64,000 nucleotides of DNA from an uncultured Acidobacteriota bacterium. GTDB lineage: Bacteria > Acidobacteriota > Thermoanaerobaculia > Multivoradales > UBA5704. The stretch's first letter is position 1. The number at the start of each line of letters is the position of its first letter. A model generated the notes under the pieces. It was not told the origin of the DNA. It saw only the letters and a program-made list of their open reading frames with translations, and ran no database searches. Below, piece by piece: positions 35,816 through 50,800 of this stretch. Location: the NCBI GenBank assembly GCA_963770895.1, contig CAVYRF010000001.1:2179496-2243495 (forward strand), read 5' to 3'. A program made the translations under genes and the position numbers.

Positions 35816-38800
35816 TTGTCTATTTCATCAGACGTTGTGGCAAATGGGAAACTTTTGTGCGATGGGAGAGTTGTGCGCGCAGAATTTTATGCACAATTGC
35901 GGTTTGCGGCCCTGGCAGCGCTTTTTCTAACGCTGCCATGGGCTCCCGCCGCGCGCGCGGGCGACCTTGCCGACGCCACGCTTAGCATCACCGGTGCCCG
36001 CCTCACCGTCTCCCCCGAGGCGCAGACGGTCCCCTACAACACGCCCACCCAGGTGCTGACCCAGCTGACCGGATTCGATCCCAGCCACGGCACGCTGCCG
36101 GCCGGTCTGGTGGTGCTGGGCGATCTGTCGGGGCCGCAGATCGCGGGCACGATGACGCTCCAGACGACCCCCGGCCAGCCGTTCCAGATCCCCAGCCTGC
36201 AGATCCAGGGGCAGTACGAGCTCAACAACATCCGCCTGATGCAGGGCGGCAACCTGCTGGGCTACGCGCAGCCGCGCTCGGCGGCGCTGACCGTGACCCA
36301 GGTGCTGGTGACCAGCGTCACGTCGCGCGCCCTCACCGACGACGAGATCCGCAGCTACGGCATCGTGCTGACCGGCGGCAGCGTGCAGGCCTACGTCTTC
36401 ACCTTCGCCTTCGCCGTCTCGCCCGGCCAGACGGTCAACTACAACGTGCCGGTGGTGTTCAATGCCAACGGCCAGGCGCCCGCGACCGGCCAGCCGCCGA
36501 TGCAGCTGTTCACCGCGCTGGGCCAGGACAACGGCGGCGTGCACGCCGCCGGCCCGCGCTTCACGCCGCCGACCATGGCGCCCTTCCAGCTCAACCTGGC
36601 GCCGGCCGCCGGCGCCCCCGCCGCGACTTCGGGCGGCTGCCAGAGCCTCGACGGCGATTGCAGCTCGTCGACCAGCCTGCCGCTGCCGGGAGTGATCCTG
36701 TTTCCCACCGATATTTCGCTGCTCAACCAGTTCTTTTCGGTGATCCTGATGGTGCAGAACGGCGCGCCGCAGGGGTCGCCGCTGGTGCTGCGCGAGCTGT
36801 CGGCGACGGTCACGCTGCCGCCCGGCCTGCGCCAGGCAAGCACGCAGCCGCCGATGCCGCTGGGGGTGCCGATCCCCATCCGCGATCCGGGACCGGACGG
36901 CATCCTGGGCACCGCCGACGACGTGACCTTCCTGGTGGCGCAGGCGAGCGGCCAGGCGCAGCTGCTGACCGAGGGGATGGAGCAGGGCACGCAGATCGTG
37001 CAGTTCAACGTCACCGGCCTGGTGGACGGGCTGCCCGGCGGCAAGCTGCAGCCGATCACCGGCACGGCGCAGGGAGCGGTGCTGGTGCGCGACCCGACGC
37101 TCAACGTCACGGTCACCCACCCCGACGTGGTGCGCGCCGGCGAGCAGTACCAGCTGATCCTGACGGTGACCAACACCGGCACCTCGCCGGCCAACCAGCT
37201 CACCATCCGCCTGCCGCCGCAGAACCTGGCGGGGGTGCAGGTCGTCGGCAACAGCTCGCAGACGGTCGACGTGCTGCCGGGCGACAGTTCGCTGGTGCAG
37301 TTCACCTTGCAGTCGCTGCTGACCGGGCGGGTGACCGCCGATGCGGTGCGCAACGCCAGCGAGATCACTCCCACCTTCGACTTGACCGCCGGGGTGGGGG
37401 AGAACAACATCCCCCTGTCGCCCAACGCCATCATCTTGCCCGACGCGGTCAGCTCGCTGCCTGCCGACCTGGTGCAGGCCGACCTGCTGCTGCTCGGCCT
37501 GGGCTATTCGCTGGCGACCGCGCCGCCCGAGCTGATCACCGCCAACAGCCTGCCGTCCGTAAGCCTGTCGTCGATCGACTCGCGCGTCTACGAGCTGTCG
37601 CAGGCGGGCGTCGAGGTGAGCATGGGGGAGGCGGCGTTCGACAGCGCCGCGGTGCTCGCCACCCAGTGGGCCGACGCGGTGGACCAGGATCCCACCTGGG
37701 ACCAGCTGCGCCGCATCACCCAGAAGGGCGGCAGCGCCGGCGCCCGCCTGGCCGAGATCTTCGCCGCCGAGGCCGCCGCCACCTCGCCGCTGGCCGCCTT
37801 CGACCGCTTCGCCGCGACCACCGCCTACGTGCGCCCGGCGCAGGGCGGCGTCCAGGCGGCGCTGGCGGTGGGCGGAGGCGCCCAGCTGCTGGTGACCAGC
37901 CGCGCCAGCGGCGCGCGCCTGGCGGCGGGCGGCGACGACGTGACCCGCCTGCGCGAGCTGCCGTTCGCCGATCTCTACTTGCTGGACAGCCAGGGCGGCT
38001 CGCAGATGGCGCTGATGGCGGTGCCGGAGGCGACCGGCTACCAGGTGCAGCTGCGCGTCGCCGGCGGCGGCGCCGCGGACCTGCACCTGCTGGTGCCGAC
38101 CGCGACCGGCGGCCTGCGCCGGGTGGACTGGACGGCCGTCGCCCTGGGCGCCGCCGGCACCGCGACGGTCGCCTACGCGCCGGGTGACACCACCTTCACC
38201 CTGAGCGTCGACGCCGACGGCAGCGGCGGCAACGTGCAGCAGGTCGCCGGCAGCGTGCAGGCGGTCGCGCCGCGGCCGTTCGGCGTCGCGGCGGCGGTGC
38301 AGAACGCGACGGTCGATCCCTCCGGCCACGTGGTGGACGTGCTGTTCACCGGCAACGTCGACTTCACCAGCCTGCTGCCGGTCGACCCCAGCCACTTCGT
38401 GGTGCCCAACAAGATCTCCAACGGCGGCCTCACCCAGATCGACGCCGACATCGCCACCCAGGCGCAGCAGTCGAGCCCCGGCAACCCGACCAACCTGGTC
38501 AACTCGCGCATGGTGCGGGTGGTGTTCAACAACCCGCTGTCGCCCTACGCGACGCCGATCAACCTGACGGTCGCCAACGTCAGGGACGTCGCCGGCGACA
38601 CCCTGTCGTCGGTCGCGGTGCCGATCCAGGTCACGGTGACCACGCCCGGCGAGGAGCTGTCCGGCGTGGTCATCGGCTCGGACGGCCAGCCGGTGCCCTT
38701 CGCCCAGGTGACGCTGCACGAAAACGACGTCTGCCTGGACTGCGACGTGACCTGCACCACGCACTCGACCGCGGCGGTGCAGGCCGACGCCACCGGGCAC

Positions 38801-41800
38801 TACCTTTTCGACTACGTGCGCGACACGCCGGAATGCGGCGGCTCCTTCGGCGTCAGCGCCATCGATCCGGCGACCAGCGAAACCGGCGCCTCGACCGGGG
38901 TGGTGCGCTTCGTCGGCCAGACGGCGGCGCTCGACGTCGAGATGCTGGGCCGGGGGACGATCCGCGGCACCGTCACGTACGACGACGGCAGCGTGCCGGT
39001 CAACCCGCAGGTGATCGCCTACAACCCGGTGTTCCGCGCCGCCGGCACCAGCTCGGTGGACGGCTACGGCAACTACTCGGTGACCGACGTGCCGGTGGGG
39101 ACGATCACGCTGTCGGCCAACGACAGCCAGGGCAAGTTCGTGGTCACCACGATCGCGGTGCCCGCCGCCGGCAGCGTCGTGCAATACAACCTGGTCATCC
39201 TGCGCACGCCGGCCAAGCCGGTGCCGACCGGCCAGCTGAGCGGCAACGTGTTGCAGGCGGACGGCCAGACGCCCGACGTCGCCGCCTACGTCGCCCTCTA
39301 CGTGGACGGCAACCTCATCGGCGTCCAGCGCACCGACGGCTCCGGCAACTTCAATTTCGGCACCGTGCCGGCGGGCCTCGCCGAGGTGGACACCTACGAG
39401 AACCTCACCGGCCAGGCGGGCGACCAGGTGTTCTTTCAGCTCAACGCCGACCAGCAGAACCAGATCTCGCTGATCATGAACGACGAGCTGGGGTCGGTAC
39501 AGGGCCACGTCTACCGCCAGAGCGGCACCACCCTGACGCCGGTCGCCGGGGCGGTGGTGTGGGTGCAGGGGACGCCCTTCAAGACCTACACCGACGCGAC
39601 CGGCGCCTACCGTCTGGACGGCGTGTTCACCGGCACCTGGACGATGAACGCCGCCGACCTGGTGAACCAGGTCGTGGTCACCGCCGCCGTCACCATCGAA
39701 GCCGGCGCCGACGTGGCGACGGCCAACCTGTACTTCCAGGCGCCGCAGGTGCAGGGCGGCATCGGCGGCCAGGTGCTGGACTTCAGCGGCAACCCGGTGT
39801 CGGGCGCCACGATCCATCTCAAGTCGGGCAACGAGCAGTGGTTCGACCAGACCGCGACCGACGTCAACGGCAAGTTCGCGCTGACCGGCCTGGCCCCCGG
39901 CAGCTATTCGGTGCAGGCCTACCTGGGCGCCGCCGGCGGCCAGGCCCTGGCGATCGTGCGCTTTGCCGGCGACACCCCGTTTGTCACCATCCAGTTTGTC
40001 GAGGGGACGATCCGCGGCACGGTGTCGGCGGCGGACGCCAGCGGCAACCTGACGCCGCTGGTCGCGACGCTCATCTACCGCACCACCGTGGTGCGCAACG
40101 GCGTGCTCGGCCTGGCCGACCAGGCGACCACGCTGCAATCCAACCCCGACGGCACCTACGAGATCGACAACGTCCTGGCCGGCCCCTACAGCATCGCGGC
40201 GTACAGCCCGTTCTACGGCACCGTCAACGTCTCGGGCACGATGGTCAACCAGGGCGAGGTGCAGACCCAGAACGTGGTCTTCCAGCTCAACGGCCCCGGC
40301 ACCATCAAGGGCCAGGTGCTCAACCAGGACGGCGTGACGCCGGCGGTGGGGGCCAACGTCCACCTGGCGCACCCGGCGTTCAGCGCCTACGACCTGACGA
40401 CCGACAGCAACGGCAACTTCGAGTTCGACCTGGTGCCGCCGACGCCGTACAACTTCCCGGTGCAGGTCACCTTCCAGGACGGCGTGATCTTCCGCCAGGC
40501 GCAGAGCTGGGTCAGCTTCACCCAGCCCAATACCACCCTGACGCTGTCGATCGTGCTGCCGCGTCAGGGGTCGGTGGCCGGCGTGGTGATGGACGCCGAC
40601 GGCAACCCGGTGCCGCAGGCGGTGGTGACCCTGACGGAAAACCAGTACCCGAACCGCCGGCTGGTGGTCAACGCCGACGCCACCGGGGCGTTCCAGTTCA
40701 CCAACATCTTCGTCGGCTCGGACAGCATCGCGGCGCTGGCCCCGACGCTGGGCGGCCTGGGCGGCAAGACCTCGGTGCAGGTGACCGCTGAAGGCCAGCA
40801 GGTGACCGGTGTGGTGGTCAAGCTGCAGCCGACCGGCAAGATCACCGGCCAGGTGATCTCGCCGGTGGACGGGTCGGCGGTGGCGAACGCCCAGATGACG
40901 CTCTACACCGGGTATCTGTTCGACAGCATCACCGCCGACGCCAACGGCAACTTCGAGTTCGACCTGCTGCCGCTCAACACCTACAACCTGTACGCCTTCG
41001 ACCCGCTGACCGGCCGCGAGGGGGAGGCGCCGCCGATCAACATCGCCGCCAACGACCAGGTGGCGGTCGCGAACGTAACCCTGGAAGCGCGCGGCAGCGT
41101 CGCCGGCCACCTGTACGATCCCGACCCGACGCCGCCCCTGGGGCTGCCCGGCGCCACCGTCAGCCTGGTGAGCGAGGGGATCAACCAGTTCGTCACCTAC
41201 AGCAGCACCGACGTCACCGGCGCCTACCAGTTCCAGGGCATCCCGCAGGGCGGCTTCCTGCTGTCGGCGCGCGAGCCGGGCGGCCTGCGCAACGCCGCCG
41301 GCAGCGGCCAGATCGTCAACGAGGGCGACCAGGTCACCGTCGACCTGTACCTCCAGAAAGAAGGCACGGTCGGCGGCAGCGTCTACAACCCGCTCGGCCA
41401 GCCGACGGGCAAGTTCGCCAACGTCAACGTCACCATCACCCAGGACGGCCAGGTCATCGGCGGCACGCTGGCGAGCGACTACCAGTTCGGCAGCGTCATC
41501 GTCGGCCAGCAGTTCCAGCTCGACGCCCAGGAGGTGGGCGGCAACCACCGCGGCGCGGCGACCGGCACGCTGACCGACGGCAACCCGGTGACGCTCGACA
41601 TCCAGATGGTGCCGCTGGGCGCGGTGCACGTCATCGTCAACGACAGCTTCGGCCACCCGGTGCCGGGGGCCAACATCGCCCTCAACAGCTCCGGCTTCTA
41701 CGGCTACGCGGTGCAGCGCGCCAGCGCCAGCGCCAACGCCGACGCGCTGTTCCAGAACATCGGCGCCGGCGCCCTCGAGGCCGACGCGCAGGACCCGACG

Positions 41801-44800
41801 ACCGGCCTGTGGGGGTCCGCCGACGGCACCCTGACCGAAGACGGCCAGATCGTCACCTTGACCGTGGCGCTGCAGCCAACCGGCACCATCCAGGGGACGC
41901 TGCTGCTGGCCGACGGCGTCACCCCGGCGGCGAACGCCCAGGCGGCGCTCCAGGCGTATGGGCGGTCGCTGGTGATCCTGACCGACGCCGCGGGCAACTT
42001 CGCCTTCACCTCGGTGCCGCTGGGCGGCTTCGACCTCAACTTCCAGCAAAGCTTCGGGCCCGGCACCCTGGAGGTGTCCGGCAGCGTCACCGCCAACGGC
42101 CAGGTGGTCAACCTGGGCACCCTGGTGCTCGACGCCACCGACCTCCAGGTGGTGGCGGTGACGCCGCCGACCGGGTCGGTCAACGTGCCGCTCAACCAGG
42201 TGGTCACGGCGCAGTTCAACAAGCCGATCGATCCCGACCGCATGGGGCAGTTCTACGTCACCCGCAGCGACGGCGGCGACGTGGCGATGACCACCTCGCT
42301 GTCGGCCGATCACACGACGCTGACGCTGACGCCGCAGGCGCCGCTCGACAACGCCACCACCTTCCTGGTGAACCTGGAGGACACCTGGTCGCAGACCGGC
42401 AAGTACCTGGAGCAGCCGGTGCAGACGACGTTCACCACCGTCGATCACCTGCAGCCGGCGGTCATCCAGGTGACGCCGGCGGGCGGCGCGGTGCAGGTGC
42501 CGCTCGCCACCCAGATCCACCTGCTGTTCAACAAGCCGGTGGCGCCGGGATCGGTGTCGGGGAGCGCCCTGCAGCTGCTCGACGTGACCGACAACGTGCA
42601 GGTGACGACCACCTACACCCTGGCGCCCTCGGGGCGCGAGGTGTGGATCACGCCGCAGACGCTGCTGCTGCAGGAAAAGCAGTACCAGGTCACGGTCGGC
42701 GGCCTGGTGGACCTGGTGGGCAACGTCCAGGCGGCGCCGTTCGTCAGCGCCTTCTACAGCCTGGACACGACGCCGCCGCGCTTCGGCGCCATCACGCCGG
42801 CGGCGGCAGCGGTGTACACGGCGGGCGACCCGGTGACCATCGCGGTCGCCACCTGGGACCCCAGCGGCATCCACGACGTGAGCATCCAGCTGGGGCCGCG
42901 CGGCGCCGACCCGACGACGGCGACGTCGGTGGGGTCGGGTGGCGTCGGCGTCTACACGGCGACGCTCGCCGCGCCGCGCGTCGCCGCGGCGAGCGACGTG
43001 CCGATCGCCATCGCCTCGACCGACGTCTACGGCAACACCGCGACGACGACGGTGACCATCCACGTGCAGCCGAACGCCGACACCACGGCGCCGACGGTCG
43101 CGACCTGCCTGCTCGACGGCGACGCGGTGGCGCCGGGGGTGGCGCTGGCGGTGCCGCTGACCGCGGTGGACAACCAGGCGGTCGAAAGCTACGACCTGCT
43201 GATCGACGGGCAGGCGGTGGCGAGCGTGCCGGTGCCGGGAACGGCGGCGACGGTGAGCGCCTCGATCGGCTGGACGCCGCCGGCGGGCACCGCCGCCGGC
43301 ACCGTGTTCACCGCCGAGCTGGAGGCGTTCGACTTCGCCGGCAACGTCGGCAGCGTCACGCTCCACCTGGTGGTGCCGGCGGGGACGCTGCTGACCGGCA
43401 GCCAGGCGGTGCCGGCGAGCGCCGCCGGCCAGGCGCTCAGCCTGGCGGGCGGCACCTTCACCGTCGCGGCGCCGCTTGCCGTCGCCTCGCTCACCCTGTT
43501 GCAGGGAGCGACGCTCACCGCGGCGAGCGCCGGCCAGGCGGTGGCGGTCACCGCCTCGGGCGGCGTGCGCGTGCAGTGCGGCGCCGCCATCGACGTCGGC
43601 GCGCTGGGCTATCCCGGCGGCGTCTCCGGGCACCCCGACGGCTACGGGCCGGCCGGCGTGCAGGCGGCGCACGGCGCCTACATCGGCGGCAGCCACGGCG
43701 GCCAGGCCAACCCCGGCCCGGCGAGCGGCACCGTCTACGACAGCGTCTACCTGCCGCGGATGGCGGGCGCCGGCGGCTCGACCGGCGGCGCGCCGGTGCC
43801 GCAGGGCGCGGGCGGCGGCGTGGTGTCGGTGGACGCGGCCAGCCTGCTGCTCGCCGGGCAGATCCTGGCGCGCGGCAACGACCAGTGCGGCGCCGGGGCG
43901 GGGGCCGGCGGCACGGTGGCGATCACCGCGGCGACGATCGCCGGCGCCGGGCAGATCGACGTGTCGGGCGGCAACGGCCTGAGCTGCAACTGGGCTTCGG
44001 GCGGCGGCGGCGGCGGCCGGGTGGCGCTGTACGGCGCCCTGGCGGGTTTCGACCCGACGGCGCAGGCGCTGGCCCAGGGCGGCTACGACACGGCGATGGC
44101 CGCCGGGCCCAGCGGCTACGCGGCGCCGGGCACGGTGCTGTGGAAGACGCCGGCGATGACCTACGGCACGCTGCGGGTGGACAACGGCGCCGGCCGCGGC
44201 GCGCCGCCCACGACGCTGCCGCCGCTGGGCGCCGGCGCGCTCGCCGCGCTCACCGCGGACGCCGGCGGCGTCGACGCCTGGGCGGCGGTGCCGGCGGGCG
44301 GCGCGGCGTTCGGGGTGCCGTGGCTGGGGGCCTGGATGGTGCTGCTCGACGGCGCGGGCAACCAGGTGGGGGCCAGCGCCTTCCAGGTCGTCGCCATCGA
44401 CGCCCAGGGGCGGGCGCGGCTCGCCGGCGCGGCGGCTCTGCTCGGCGGCACCGGCGGCGGTGCCGGTGGCGGCGGCGTCGCGGCGTATCGCGGTGAGTAC
44501 CTGTTCGACACCTACCAGCTGCAGGACGGCGCGGCGCTCGACGTCGCCGATCCGCTGTGGGCGCAGACGCTCACCCTGGCGGGGCAGCTGGCGATCCCCA
44601 GCGACCTGCAGGTGGGCGACCTGACGATCGCGAGCGGCGCCACCATCACGCCGCAGAGCGGCGGCAACCTGCACTTCGAGGTGAGCGGCACGCTCACCGT
44701 CGAGGCCGGGGCGACGATCGACGTCTCCAACCTCGGCTATCCGGGCGGCGTCGGCGGCCACGTTCCCGGCTATGCGCCGCCCTGGGTGGCGGGCTCGCTG

Positions 44801-47800
44801 CAGGACGCCGGCGGCAGCCACGGCGGGCTGGGCGTCGGGGCGACGAATCCCGGCGCCGGCGGGCCGGTGTTCGACAGCGTCTACCAGCCGCAGCTGGGCG
44901 GCGGCGGCGGCTCGCAGGAGGGGCTGTTCCCGGGCAATCCGGGCGGCGGCTCGATCGTCATCGACGCCGCGACGGTGGCGCTCGACGGGCAGCTCCGGTC
45001 GCGCGGCTTCGACGGCTGCATCGCGCCGGGCGGCGCCGGCGGCAGCGTCCTGGTGCACGCCGACGCGATCCAGGGGACGGGCACGATCGACGTCACCGGC
45101 GGTGCCGCGGCCGCGGCCGGGTGCGGCTCCGAGTTCGGCACCTACGGCGCCGGCGGCGGCGGCCGCGTGGCGCTGTATGCCGCGACGTTCGACGGCTTCG
45201 TGCCGGCCAGCCAGGTGATGGCGTGGGGCGGCCCGCTGTCCCACGACACCGCCTGGGCGTCCCCCGGCACCGTGCTGGTGCTGGGCGCCGGTGGCACCTT
45301 CGGCGACCTGACGCTCGACCCCGGCGTCAACAGCGACGGCTCGGTGCGGCAGGCGGTGCCGACGCCGCTGCCGGCGCTCGGCAGCGGCCAGCTCACCGCC
45401 CTGGTGGCGGCCGGCGCCGGCGGAGCCGACGCCTATGCCGCCGCGGCGGCGCCCTTCACGCTGGAATGGCTGGGGGCCTGGATGCAGCTGCTCGACGGCG
45501 GCGGCAACGTCCTGGGCACCTTCCAGGCGACGTCGCTCGACGGCGGCGGGCGGCTGCTGCTGGCCGGCGCCGGCGGCGTGGCGGCGGCCGGCAACGCCGC
45601 CGCCTATCGCGGCGAATACCAGTTCGACCACGTCAACCTGGTGCACGGCGGCGGCATGGTGGGCAGCGACCCGGTGGTGACCGCCGACGTCACCTTGAGC
45701 GGCAATACCGAGGTGGGCGCCGTCGTCCAGGCGCAGAACCTGACGGTGGCGAGCGGCGCCGTGGTGCACGCGGCGGCGGGCGGCAGCGGCATTCACTTCG
45801 AGGTCAGCGGCACCATGACGGTCGAGGCCGGGGCGACGATCGACGTCTCGGGCCAGGGCTATCCGGGCGGCGTGCCGGGACACACGGCCGGCTACGCGCC
45901 GCCCTGGATCGCCGGCTCGCAGGTGGACGCCGGCGGCAGCCACGGCGGCGGCGGCGTCGGCTTCAAGGACCCCGGCACCGGCGGCCCCGCCTTCGACAGC
46001 GTCTACCTGCCGCAGCTGGGCGGCGGCGGCGGCTCGGACGACTGGGTGCTGACCGGCAATGCCGGCGGCGGCTGGGTGACGATCGACGCCGGCACGCTGG
46101 CGCTCGCCGGCAACATCAAGGCGCGCGGCGTCGACGGCTGCACCTCGTCGGGCGGCGCCGGCGGCAGCGTGCTGCTGCGCGTCGGCGCGCTGGCCGGCGC
46201 CGGCACCATCGACGTGTCGGGCGGCGTCGCGGCGATCCCCGGCTGTGCCACCAGCCTCTACGCCAACGGCGGCGGCGGCGGCGGCCGGGTGGCGATCTAC
46301 GCCACGTCGGCGCTGGGCGGCGGCTTCGTGCCGGCGGCGCAGGTCGACGTCGCCGGCGGGTCGCTGCCGGGTGCCAGCGGCTACGCGGCCCCCGGCACGC
46401 TGTACCTGAACCTGCCCGGCGGCACCTACGGCGACCTCTACGTCGACGGCGGCGCCACCTCCGGCGGCACGCCGCTGGCGGTGCCGGCGACGGCGCTGCC
46501 GCAGCTCGGCAGCGGCACGCTCACCGGCCTGACGCCGGCGAGCGGTGGCGGCGTGCCCGCGGGCGGCGCCTGGGCGAGCGCGGCGGCGGCCTTCACGGTG
46601 GAATGGCTGGGCGCCTGGATGGACCTGCTGGACGGGTCGGGCAACCAGCTCGGCACGTTCCAGGCGACGCAGCTGGACGCCGGCGGCAGGCTGCTGCTGG
46701 CGGGCGCCGGCTCCGTCCCGGCGCCGGGGAGCGGCAGCGGCGGGGCTGCCGCCTATCGCGGGCGCTACTTGTTCGACAACGTCCACCTGCTCGACGGCGC
46801 CGGCCTGACGGCGCAGGACCCGGCGGTGGCGGCGACGCTGGCGGCGGCGGGGCACAACACCTGGAACGCCCTGGTGCAGCCGGTCGATATCGACGTGCAG
46901 CCCGGGGCGGTGCTGGCGCCGGCCAGCGGCGGCGAGCTGGACGTGACCGCCACCGGCACGCTGACGATCGAAACCGGCGCGCAGCTCAACGTCGCAGGGC
47001 TGGGCTACCAGCCGTATTCGTCCGGCGCGCCGGCGGCGCCCCCCAACGTCACGCCGTCCGACGCCAACTCCGCGAGCGGCAGCCACGGCGGCGCCGGCTG
47101 GCAGGCGGGCAACGGCGCCGGCGAGATCTACGACAGCGTCTACCAGCCGTGGCTCGGCGGCGGCGGCGGCGGTGCCGGCTGGTCGGAGCCGGGCGGCGGC
47201 ATCGTGCGGGTGAGCGCGGCCGACCTGGTCCTGAACGGCGCCATCGTCGCCGACGGCGTGCCGGTGTGCAACAACGGCAGCGGCGCCGGCGGCACGGTGG
47301 CGGTGGCGCTCAGCGGCACGCTGTCGGGCAGCGGCACGATCTCGGCCGTGGGCGGCGGCTGGCCGGCGATCCCGGCCAACCTGGTCACCTCGTGCGCCTT
47401 CGTCAACGGCGGCGGCGGCGGGCGGGTGGCGATCACGGCGCAGGCCCTGTCGGGTTTCGATACGGCGTCGCAGGTCGCGGTCACCGGCGGGCTGGAGTTC
47501 CAGCCGCACCTGGTCGGCCGCGCGGCGTCGGGCACGCTGTTCACCAAGGTGGCGGGGCAGACCTACGGCGCGCTGTGGGTAGACGCCGGCTCGCCGGCGG
47601 CGGCGGCGGCGACGATCCAGCCGACGGTGCTGCCGACGATCGGGCGCGGCGTCGTGGGCGCCGTCGCGCCGGTCGCGGGCGACGCCACCTCGACGTGGAT
47701 CACCGCCCAGGCGGGCACGCCGCTGTTCAGCCTGGGAGCGCTCGGCATGTGGGTGCGCATCGGCGGCACCGACTACCCGGTCGCCGGCCAGAGCGCCGAT

Positions 47801-50800
47801 CGCACCCAGCTGCTGCTACAGGGCGGCGCCGCGGCGGCGACGGTGGGCACCAGCTTCCTCGGCATCTACAAGTTCGACCAGGTGACGGTGACCGGGCGGG
47901 CGGCGGTGCAGGTCGACGACGGCCTGGTCGCGGGCAGCACCAGCGTCGACGCCAGCTCCTCGCTCAACTATGTGAGCGTCGCGGCGCCGGTGTTTTCGAA
48001 CGTGCTGCCGGCGGCGGGCACGGTCTACAACGCCGGGGCGCCGGTCGCGATCAGCGCCACGGTCGCCGACGCGCGGCCGGTGAGCGTGGTGGCGACGCTG
48101 GGGGGCCGCAGCGTGACGGTCGCGGCGCCGCCCTTCAGCTGGACCCTGCCGGCACCGCCGGTGGCCGCGGCGGCCGACGTGCCCTTCACCCTGGTGGCGA
48201 CCGACAGCGACGGCAACAGCGCGACCTTCACCCAGACGGTGCACGTGCTGCCGGTTTCCGGCGGCACGCCGGCGGTGGCGCTGACCTGCCCCTCGACCGG
48301 CGCCATGCTGGCGCCCGGCACCAGCCTGGGGCTGGCCGCCACGGCGAGCGAGGGGAGCGGCATCGCCAAGGTGGAGTTCTTCCTGGGCGCGGCGACGACG
48401 CCGTTCGCCACGGCGTGGAGCCCGCCCTACACCGCCGTCCTGGCGGCGCCGGCCGGCGCCGCCGACGGCCAGCAGCTGCAGCTGACGGTGCGGGCGACCA
48501 GCTACGCCGCCACCACCGCCGCGGCGACGGCCGGCTTCACCGTCGCGACCGGCAGCGTGCTGACCGCCTCGACCGAGATCGCGGCGTCCAACACCGCCTA
48601 CGACGGCGCCAGCCTGATCGTCGCCGGCGGCACGGTGACGATCGACGGGCCGCACACCTTCCGCGACCTGATCGTCCTGGACGGCGCGACGGTCAACCAT
48701 TCGCCGACCACTGCAGCGCAGGAGAACCACCTGACGCTCAACCTGACGCGCAACCTGTACGTCTCCTGCGGCGGCGCCATCGACGTCACCAACCTCGGCT
48801 ACCTGGGGGCGACCGGCAACGCCCACGCCTATGGGTACGGCAACGTCCAGACGGAGGGCGCGGCACCCACCGGCGCGGGCGGCAGCTTCGGCGGCGACGG
48901 CGGCCGCTACGACGGTTCGAGCCCCGAGTACGGCAGCTTCTGGAACCCGCAGGACCCCGGCGCCGGCGGCGGCTACGCGGCCGGCTCGCCGCCGGCGGGC
49001 CACAACGGCGGCGGCGTCGTCAACGTCACCGCCACCGGCTACGGGCTGATCGACGGCGCGGTGCGCGCCAACGGCGGCCCGCAGGCGGGCGGCGGCGCCG
49101 GTGGCGGCGCCGGCGGTTCGGTGCTGGTCAACGCCGCGACGCTCGGCGGCCAGGGCCTCATCCAGGCGCTGGGCGGGCCGCCGACGCCGCTGCCGGACCC
49201 CAGCCAGACCGGCGGCGGCTCGGGCGGCCGGATCGCGCTCTACGGCGCGTCGATCGATGCCGGGTTGCTGTCGCGCACCTCGGCGGCGGGGGCCGCCGGC
49301 ACCTCGTCGCTGCCCGCCACCTGGGGTGCCGCCGGGACGGTGTTCAGCAAGCTGGACGGCAACGCCTACGGCAGCCTGGTGATCGACAACGGCGGCGTGG
49401 CGTCCAGCCAGTACACCGAGCTGATGCCGGTGGGCAGCGGCGCCGCCACCGCGGTCGGCGCCACCACGCTGACCGACAGCCTGGCGGACTTCCACCACGA
49501 CCTGTCGGGGATCGGCCTGGTGGTGAACGGCAACGCCGCGGCGCCCTATCCGGTCGCCGGCAACGCCCATCACGGCCAGACGCTGACCCTCACCGTGGCG
49601 TCGCCGCCGCTGTCGGGCGCGGTGGCGACGGGCGCGGCCTACGGCGGCCTCTACCAGTTCGACAACGTCACGGTGCGCGGCGGCGCCCAGGCGATCGCCC
49701 TGGACGCGGTCAGCTCGACCAACGCGGCGCAGGTGGCGAGCGGCTCGACCTGGACGCCGGGTTACCGGCCGGCGATCGCGCTGACCAGCCCGGCGGCGGG
49801 TGCCACGTTCACCTCGGGTACGCCGATGACGATCAGCGCCAGCGTCACCGACGTGCTGGCGGTCGGGCGGGTGGTCTTTTCGATCGGCGGCCAGAGCCAG
49901 ACGGTGACCGCGGCGCCCTACACCTGGACGCTCGGCGCGCCGTCGGTCAGCGCCGCGACCTCGCTGAACGCGACCGCCATCGCCTACGGCGTGACCGGCG
50001 GCTACGTCGTCGCCACCACCACGGTCGACGTGCAGCCGGCGGTCGATCCGCTGGCGCCGGTCGTCGCCCTGACCTGCGTCACCGACGGCGAGGTGGTGGT
50101 GGCGGGCGCGGCGGTGCCGATCTCGTTCACCGCCACCGACGCGCACGAGGTGACCAGCTACGCGCTGATCGTCAACGGTACGACGGTGCAGACGGTCAAC
50201 ACCACCCAGGCGACGGTGAGCGCCACGCTCAGCTGGACGCCGCCGGCGGGGACCGCCGCGGGCACCAGCTTCACGCTGCAGATCGCGGCCACCAACGCCG
50301 CGGCGCACGTCGGCTACGCCGAGCTGCACCTGGTGATCGGCGTGCCGACGCTCACCGGCACCGCCACCCTTGGCAGCAGCTACGGCGGCCAATCGCTGGT
50401 GCTGGGCGCCGGCACCTACACCGTGCCGGCGGCGCTGTCGCTGTCGTCGCTCACCCTGTTGAGCGGCGCCACCCTGAGCGGCGTGGCGGGCCAGCCGCTC
50501 GCCCTGACGGTGAGCGGCACGCTGGCGGTCGAGTGCGGCGCCACCATCAACGTCTCGGCGCTGGGCTACGGCGGTGCGACGACGGGCGGCGCGGCGGGGG
50601 CGGCGCCGGCGGGGGTCGCGGCGTCGCAGAACGACGCCGGCGGCAGCCACGGCGGCGCCGGCATGGCGCACACCTACGCCGGCCCGGCGGGGGCGGTCTA
50701 CGACAGCGTCTACCAGCCGCAGCTGGCCGGCGGCGGCGGGTCGCTGAGCTGCGGCGGCGGCGGCAATCACGGCGGCGCCGGCGGCGGCGTGGCGACGCTG

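Noticed and set aside
38729-38757. CLDCDVTC as a heme-binding or Fe-S motif
   Set aside because: Not CxxCH or CxxxCxxC; in a secreted beta-sandwich region it is more likely a disulfide loop.
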